From the NCBI GenBank assembly GCA_017614755.1, contig JAGABH010000139.1, forward strand, positions 7,868 through 71,867: a DNA stretch of 64,000 nt, written 5' to 3'. The notes under the pieces were generated by a model. It had not been told where the DNA came from and made no database searches. It saw only the letters and a program-made list of their open reading frames with translations. This DNA comes from Oscillospiraceae bacterium (GTDB taxonomy: Bacteria; Bacillota; Clostridia; Oscillospirales; Oscillospiraceae). Made by a program: the position numbers and the translations under genes. Shown in pieces: positions 59,901 to 64,000 of the stretch (the stretch's first letter is position 1; each line of letters starts with the position of its first letter).

Positions 59901-60776
59901 CCGGGGGGAAAACAGATTACGGGCAAGGTGTCCCATGGGTCCGGGATCGGCGGGCATGGCCTGCGCGGCGTCATGGAAACGAGCGCCGGCCCGGTGGGCC
60001 GTCTCCCGCAAAGCGGCGGCTGTAGCACGAGGAACGGAAAAAACTGCCTGTCCCTCCCGCAGGCTGTCGCAGCAAAGCCAGACCGTAACTTCTGCGGCGC
60101 AGCGGCACAAAGCCTCCAAAACCGAAAGCTCCTGGGTGGTAAAATCCGTAAAACCGGAGACCACCACATGAAGGTTTCTGGCATAATCACTGTCGTACAG
60201 AGCATCCCGCAGCCGATCCAACAAGGTGGAGGGGTCCATCGCCGCATTGGCGCAGACAGAATCGTAGAGCTCCAGCACCAGGCAAAGCTCCTCTAACTTG
60301 TCGGACAGGGCCTCCGGAAGAGACTCCCTGGCCTTTCGGACCGCAGGTGCGTCCAGGCCGTAGGCGTGGAACTCGTCTACGATCTGCAAAAGCTGCTCCA
60401 AAAACTCTGGTCGGGAGATATAGGTTCCATAGAGGCGGAGCTTGGGCCGAAGCAGCTCCAGGGCTCCGGCCATGGCAATCAGTCGTCCGCTCTTGTCCAG
60501 CGTGGGCTTGGAAGCTCCTCCAGTCACAGAAAACACTCTTGCTGCAAGACGGCTGAAGCTCAGCACCTCGGCCTTACGGCTGATGGTATCCCCTCCCGCC
60601 TCACACAGAGCCCACTCCGCATCAAAAGAGTTTTGCTCGGGGACAATCAGGACGCTCCGGCTCTCTGATGGCAGCGCGCAGACCGAGGCGATTGCCCCAC
60701 GGGCGTTGGCTCGCTGGTCAGGGCTGTATTTCAACGTCAACATAGGATCAACTCGATTCTTTCCGGATTCCGGCAC
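53925..60776 (-). CDS. addBA: AddB-AddA helicase-nuclease in a single open reading frame (AddB part 57477..60776, AddA part 53925..57476)
   Basis: N-terminal 1,100 codons: AddB/RexB-like, with nuclease VDRVDLY..YLRVVDYKTG and Fe-S cysteines CRWCPYRAIC. Then, with no stop codon, MADQLTKAQEMAVRNPGGPILVAAAAGSGKTKV (UvrD/AddA Walker A), VDEYQDTN, and the C-terminal RecB-type nuclease VIDFKTD..YRPQLEAY. The AddB start may be the ATG at 60743. Confidence 0.9.
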   Translation of the reverse strand: MPESGKNRVDPMLTLKYSPDQRANARGAIASVCALPSESRSVLIVPEQNSFDAEWALCEAGGDTISRKAEVLSFSRLAARVFSVTGGASKPTLDKSGRLIAMAGALELLRPKLRLYGTYISRPEFLEQLLQIVDEFHAYGLDAPAVRKARESLPEALSDKLEELCLVLELYDSVCANAAMDPSTLLDRLRDALYDSDYARNLHVVVSGFTDFTTQELSVLEALCRCAAEVTVWLCCDSLREGQAVFSVPRATAAALRETAHRAGARFHDAAQAMPADPGPMGHLARNLFSPRPLLWESQTDQVLLLPAADPAEECELAVGRIQALIRGGARWRDIGVAYTDRAVYESSLEGILDRYGMPTYFSGNRSILCHGVIRAVVFALEAAACGMEQEAVCEYLHSGYAPLTLTECDLLENYAFVWKLRGSRWDLPFDKNPAGPLMEPPAPGELEALLVPWNKAREKAILPLLRLRNGLRESQQTSGQIRALETFLEEIGLEKAIIDSASALAGAGESQRARELTKLYEILLSVMEQIFGVLGSGSRSPEDFYRFFWAALTQNSVATIPATGDCLRVGDLTAMRNTGLKHLIVLGASDGLLPAWETGGSLLSDDERRRMKAAGLPAAPDAENRLDRDFLTAYTVFTAPTESICLCCDREAPSYLFTRLGVIFPQRMEKRQSPLPQNEKDAAAQAVRGGTERPELLRAFPSLKPYAEALCRRAAYEPGTLDREAVSALYGDSLSFSASKVDRLAACKFGFFLQYGLGLKERKEARVDPAVYGTLVHYVLQHTAEDVEEEGGFALVPEDRVLALARSWYDRFVEERLGGLADYTSRGSYLLERSFLEVEHVVLDMARELSQSSFIPTWFELAFRDQTAIPITGNLAVGWLNGIVDRVDLYTTASGKTYLRVVDYKTGRKDFDYTDILSGMGLQMLIYLFALTREAARYHNRELHPAGVLYFPARYDVESAKNRLTLEEAESLHSKKLRRKGLLLDDEEILQAMEPGTTPIYLPYQISKKTGERSGDLASPEQLALVEAHVRRTLGEQADTVWAGVIAPDPFWRGEDHNACRWCPYRAICRVDSGEVPLRRLRAVSRGNSGRKWNRRRRPMADQLTKAQEMAVRNPGGPILVAAAAGSGKTKVIVERLMDQVLRTDRECSINEFLIITFTKKAAAELRARIARELAARLAADPENRHLQKQQSRVYLTQISTVHAFCAELIREFSYELDIPADFRMLEQTEAEDLQARILDDLLEERYERIADDLALRQLVDGLGAGRDDRRIPALVLGVHTTAQCHSDPSAWLSDCEARLNLSGITGAEQTVWGKYLLDGLRSCAREQADCLEKIAAELSLSDSLAKYVPVFSANAEGLRKLAACETWDETVTAFPEAADFGRLPPVKACEDLSLQERAKVIREQAKTRIRKWGEELRGASTEVLSDLSQTAVTLQALFDLTRDFSGRFSDEKRRLHVLDFSDLEHLALRLLLENDGVTPTQAARRISERYREIMVDEYQDTNQVQDAIFRALSREGKNRFLVGDVKQSIYRFRLADPAIFLKKYERYPDSESAEPSGRQRILLSHNFRSGAPVLEAVNAVFGLCMSQQVGGLDYGPLERLRPGRELVPLPQTQVELHCLSTEQEDTEADIPEKNRSEAAFAAQRIRGLLEAQIPVRVGEKTRPVEPGDIVILLRSPKNVAEFYLDALLRLGIPAASDTGEDLLNASEIQALLCLLRVLDNAHQDIPLTGALLSPIFCVPASVLAKARGARGADLWDSLLDAAPGEPILASALSKLEELRIMSRALPLAVLLEKLRQKVDLEAVYGAMENGQARLLRLRAFSKLAASFSEGGLKSLHQFLAYVDALRERGGLQTAQQTGNAVKVMSVHKSKGLEFPVVLLCGLSRRFNTEDLKAPVLFHSDLGAGCSVYDHAAHIRYHSIAKAAIARQTKLENLSEELRILYVAMTRAKDMLIMTCCGENLRGKLWDFSTQLTPETAKLLAADASCPGDWVLLAALLRTEAGALHAVGGKPEGTAVSDIPWQICWQEIPAEAAAPLREDRSVQLPGDISAEALREGIGFRYPHVAAQTIPTKLTATQLKGRELDREADDGAPREDYARLSLRRPLLIQGEKPLTPTQRGTAVHQAMQYLDFARTDSLEAIQAQLQHLVEEDFLTASQAAAVDPEKLMRVFTGPLGELIRGADRVLREFKFSVLTSAEAWYPEAAGERILLQGVTDCCLFGADGITVIDFKTDRIRPGTESEAGERYRPQLEAYANALSRIFGQPVVRKLLYFFATDSVMELV

Positions 60777-60864
60777 CGTACTTTTTACCGGATTATCATA
60801 TCACATTTTTGGCCCCATGAACAGTATAATTTTTCACGTCTCCCCAAAATGCTCGATTGCCGGC

Positions 60865-60893
60865 ATTGACATAATATTTGTGCCGGTGTATAA
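60865..60893 (+). promoter_or_regulatory. Consensus SigA promoter for the XRE regulator gene
   Basis: Reads TTGACA, 17 nt, TATAAT. It is embedded in the inverted repeat CCGGCA-N15-TGCCGG, a possible operator. Confidence 0.6.
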
Positions 60894-60971
60894 TACTTTC
60901 ACTGCAAATAAAACTGCTTTCAATCCGTTCAAAGATCAAGTTCCGCTAAATAAATTTCTGGAGATTGAATT

Positions 60972-61487
60972 ATGCCGAAAAATATTGTTAAACCCCATAA
61001 ATCACGCTATCAGGTCCGCAGAGAAGAGCTCGGGCTGAGCAGAGAAAAGGCCAGTGAACTGCTGGAATCGATCACACCGGAACGGATTGAACGGATTGAG
61101 TCCGGCAAATATTCTGCGAATCCGGACGAGGTCCTTTCCATGGCGGAAAAATACCAGGACCCGCAGCTCTGTAACTATTTCTGTGCCAACGAATGTGCCA
61201 TCGGAAAGCAGTACGTCCCTGAAATTCAAGTCAACGACCTGGCACAGATTATTCTGGAAATGCTGGCCTCATTAAATTCCGTGAAACACCAACAGGAGCG
61301 ACTGATTGCAATTACGGCGGACGGCAGAATCAGTTCGGATGAAATTGCTGATTTTGTCAGCATTCAGCGGGAGCTGGAGCAAATTTCCGTTGCCGTGGAA
61401 GCACTGCAGCTCTGGGCGGAAAAGAAAATCGCAAATGGAGAAATCGATTTGGAAACCTACCGTGCGGTGATGAATGAAAAAGCCTGA
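60972..61487 (+). CDS. XRE-family helix-turn-helix transcriptional regulator with C-terminal helical domain
   Basis: Reads YQVRREELGLSREKASELLESITPERIERIESGKYSANPDEVLSMAEKY (HTH_3-like), then CNYFCANECAIG (a Cx3Cx3C motif). Confidence 0.8.
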   Translation: MPKNIVKPHKSRYQVRREELGLSREKASELLESITPERIERIESGKYSANPDEVLSMAEKYQDPQLCNYFCANECAIGKQYVPEIQVNDLAQIILEMLASLNSVKHQQERLIAITADGRISSDEIADFVSIQRELEQISVAVEALQLWAEKKIANGEIDLETYRAVMNEKA

Positions 61488-61754
61488 ACCGGGTCTTCGT
61501 TGGTCAAAAAGGTCATGCTGGAAAACTTTGTGCCGGATAGAGGCTGCCGTACTCCATAGCGAAAAGAATCATTAACTGCTGTTTGATAGCGTTCAAGGGT
61601 ATAGTTAAAGCGATTATAGCGATCGATCACCTGTCAATTCGGTTTTGTGCAGGCTACTTAACCAAATCACAGGTGTTTCGATTTGCTATTCTTTTTTCCG
61701 TAATATATTATTGCAGCACCGGAAATGTTGCAGACCGAATTTTTTGATCCGGGC

Positions 61755-61783
61755 TTGCAAACAGCCAATTTCTCGTATATAAT
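61755..61783 (+). promoter_or_regulatory. SigA promoter for the BaiN-like flavoprotein gene
   Basis: Reads TTGCAA, 17 nt, TATAAT. Confidence 0.55.
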
Positions 61784-61817
61784 ACCGATATACTGCTGAA
61801 AAAGGAGGGTCCGTGAC

Positions 61818-63038
61818 ATGACGATCGCAATCATTGGCGCCGGGGCCTCCGGCATGGCTGCTGCCATCACAGCCGCGGCTTCCGGCCGCAACCAGGTTCT
61901 CCTTTTTGAGCGTCAGGCCCGGGTTGGCAAAAAACTCTCCGCAACCGGAAACGGTAGGTGCAATCTGACCAACCGTCAGACGAACCCCGGACGCTATCAC
62001 GGAAACAACCCGGATTTCGTCCGCTTTGCCCTGGAGCTTTTTCCACCAAACAAAGTGCTGGATTTTTTCCAGACCCTGGGGCTTTATACCGTCACTGAGG
62101 CAGATGGCAAGGTCTATCCCTACTCCGATCAAGCCAACTCCGTCGTAGACGTGCTGCGCTTCGGTCTGAACCGGAGGAATCTCCAACTTCTGACCGGGAC
62201 GGAAATTGTCAGCGTAAAAAAAACTTCCGGCGGATTCCGGTTAAAGGACTCCTGCGGACAGTTCTGGGAATCGGAAGCATTGATTGTGGCCTGCGGCGGT
62301 GCCGCCGGAACGAAGCTGGGCGGCGGTCTGTCCGGCTACCAGCTTTTACGGAGCCTTGGGCATCACTGCACAAAGCTCTCCCCCTCCCTGGTACAGTTGA
62401 AAACGGATCCGGCTCTGGTTCGTGGTTTGAAGGGTGTCCGGGCCAATGCGGGCTTGCGGCTGACAATCAATGGCACGCTGGCGGCAACCGCCTGGGGCGA
62501 GGTTCAATTTACGGACTACGGTGTCTCCGGCCCCGCTGTTTTTGAAATTTCCAGAACCGCTGCTACAGCAGACGGAACCGTGCTCCACCTGGACCTTTTG
62601 CCCGGTCAGTCCGCCGACGAGCTGCTTTCGGCACTTTGCATCCGGATTTCCCGCTTTCCCACTTTGGAAGCCGGGGATCTTCTGACTGGAATCCTGCACA
62701 ATCGTCTGGGCAGAATGCTGGTCGGAGCCTGCGGGATTCCCATCTCCGCTCCGCTGACAGTCCTGAGCTGGGAGCAGTTGAATGCTGTAGTTGAGAAATG
62801 TCACGGTTTCGTGCTTCCCATTACCGGCAATATGGGAATGGATGGGGCGCAGGTCACAGCCGGCGGAATTGTCACCCGGGAATTTAACCCGGAAACTTTG
62901 CAAAGCCGCATCGTGCCGGGTCTTTACGCCTGCGGCGAAGTGCTGGACATAGACGGAGACTGCGGCGGCTTTAATTTGCAGTGGGCCTGGGCGTCGGGGC
63001 TTCTTGCCGGACAGGTCCTGAAAGAAAATGAATCGTGA
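61818..63038 (+). CDS. BaiN/HI0933-family NAD(P)/FAD-dependent flavoprotein
   Basis: Reads IAIIGAGASGMAAA (dinucleotide fold) and KKLSATGNGRCNLTN, with the C-terminal GEVLDIDGDCGGFNLQWAWASG. Confidence 0.88.
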   Translation: MTIAIIGAGASGMAAAITAAASGRNQVLLFERQARVGKKLSATGNGRCNLTNRQTNPGRYHGNNPDFVRFALELFPPNKVLDFFQTLGLYTVTEADGKVYPYSDQANSVVDVLRFGLNRRNLQLLTGTEIVSVKKTSGGFRLKDSCGQFWESEALIVACGGAAGTKLGGGLSGYQLLRSLGHHCTKLSPSLVQLKTDPALVRGLKGVRANAGLRLTINGTLAATAWGEVQFTDYGVSGPAVFEISRTAATADGTVLHLDLLPGQSADELLSALCIRISRFPTLEAGDLLTGILHNRLGRMLVGACGIPISAPLTVLSWEQLNAVVEKCHGFVLPITGNMGMDGAQVTAGGIVTREFNPETLQSRIVPGLYACGEVLDIDGDCGGFNLQWAWASGLLAGQVLKENES

Positions 63039-63092
63039 TTAAAAACAGATAGGGTATCTTGCAATTCACAAGTTGCAAATTCAAAAAACCAT

Positions 63093-64000
63093 ATGATTAC
63101 TATTCGAGATTTGGTTCTGCCGCTGCGACATGATACATCCATGCTGTATTTTCTGGCCGCCCAGGCGCTGGGAATCCAGGCATCACAGTTGACTGAACTG
63201 CGGATACGGCGGCGTTCTTTGGACGCACGAAAAAAACAGGAGCTGCAATGGGTTTACACCGTAGACGTAAGCACCCGGAAAAGCGAAAAGCAGATTCTCC
63301 GAACCTGCCGAAGCTCCAAGGTCAGTGCCGCCAGGGATGTCTGGTACAAGCCGCCCAAAAAGATTTCGGGAGGTCTTGCCCACCGGCCTGTGGTGGTAGG
63401 CTTCGGCCCTGCCGGAATGTTCGCGGCTCTGGTTCTGGCAATGGCCGGATTGCGGCCAATCGTTCTGGAACGGGGGCAGGACGCCGCTTCCAGACACGCC
63501 GCGGTGCAAAACTTTTGGAACAGTGGGAACCTGGACCCGGAATGCAACGTCCAATTTGGCGAGGGCGGCGCCGGAACCTTCTCTGACGGGAAGCTGAACA
63601 CCGGCACCAAAAACGAGCGCCAAGGCTGGATTCTGCGGCAGCTTGTTTCCTTTGGAGCCGACGAGAGCATTCTGTGGGACGCCAAGCCCCACGTGGGCAC
63701 GGACATTCTGCTGAAGGTGGTGCAAAACCTCCGGGCAAAAGTAATCGCTCTGGGGGGAGAAGTCCGCTTCGGCACTAAACTCACCGGCCTGCAGGCAGAA
63801 GACGGTATCTTAAGCGCTGCGGAGATCCGCTGCGGAGAAAAATCTGAGCTTCTCCCCTGCCGACAGATGATTTTGGCTCCCGGTCACAGCGCCCGAGATA
63901 CCTTCCGAATGTTGGATAGCTTCGGCCTTCCCATGGAACCAAAGCCTTTTTCCATGGGAGTCCGGGTGGAACACCTGCAAAGTAAAATCAATGACGCACA
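63093..64000 (+). CDS. FAD-dependent protein (COG2509-type NAD(FAD)-utilising dehydrogenase), N-terminal about 302 codons; continues past window end
   Basis: Hand translation from the ATG at 63093 gives MITIRDLVLPL..RRRSLDARKK..VVVGFGPAGMFAALVLA..GLRPIVLERG..FGEGGAGTFSDGKLNT..KPHVGTD. The frame is open to the window edge, so it is not in the ORF track. Confidence 0.85.
   Translation, partial: MITIRDLVLPLRHDTSMLYFLAAQALGIQASQLTELRIRRRSLDARKKQELQWVYTVDVSTRKSEKQILRTCRSSKVSAARDVWYKPPKKISGGLAHRPVVVGFGPAGMFAALVLAMAGLRPIVLERGQDAASRHAAVQNFWNSGNLDPECNVQFGEGGAGTFSDGKLNTGTKNERQGWILRQLVSFGADESILWDAKPHVGTDILLKVVQNLRAKVIALGGEVRFGTKLTGLQAEDGILSAAEIRCGEKSELLPCRQMILAPGHSARDTFRMLDSFGLPMEPKPFSMGVRVEHLQSKINDA

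Noticed and set aside
61506-61521. GGTCAAAaaGGTCATG as a CtsR operator
   Set aside because: The spacer is one nucleotide short of the RGTCAAA-NAN-RGTCAAA consensus. The second heptad is degenerate, and it is not upstream of any clp or heat-shock gene.

Overview
This is a high-GC (about 58-60%) Firmicutes/Clostridia-type chromosome segment from an endospore former, since spoIVA, a sipL-like gene and cotH are present. It is almost entirely core housekeeping. There are about 57 protein genes, densely packed and often joined by 4-nt ATGA overlaps.

Gene content, in window order:
- Positions 1-31.4 kb are one long minus-strand block: a GT2 glycosyltransferase and two paralogous Wzy/WaaL-like membrane proteins; a Zn-ribbon protein; ruvCAB; an aminotransferase; sipL-spoIVA; the conserved priA-def-fmt-rsmB-rlmN-stp-prkC-rsgA cluster; yicC-remA-gmk-rpoZ; an uncharacterised J-domain/DUF5685 cluster; cdaA-cdaR; cysteine desulfurase with DUF3343; radC; vanZ.
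- Next, on the plus strand, come an ABC exporter, groES-groEL (consensus promoter plus a perfect CIRCE operator) and a lipoprotein CotH.
- A second minus-strand block holds an LtaS-family enzyme, engB, lon, clpX, clpP, tig, a phosphoesterase, an M19 dipeptidase, yraN, rnhB, rbgA and lepB.
- The last section holds DUF1292, a candidate structured ncRNA, a SurA/PrsA-N-like membrane protein, addB-addA, an XRE regulator and two flavoproteins.

I could not recognise any rRNA, tRNA, CRISPR array or mobile element.

Most noteworthy observations:
1. A translationally coupled DUF5685 / J-domain / membrane protein / J-like cluster. Both J proteins end in cysteine-string-like tails.
2. addB and addA form a single uninterrupted 2,283-codon frame.
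3. A roughly 200-nt rod-like, 6S-like candidate RNA lies downstream of the DUF1292 gene.
4. A 23-nt palindromic motif is shared by the groES and clpP upstream regions.

All calls rest on reading the translations and motifs by eye. No database search was run.
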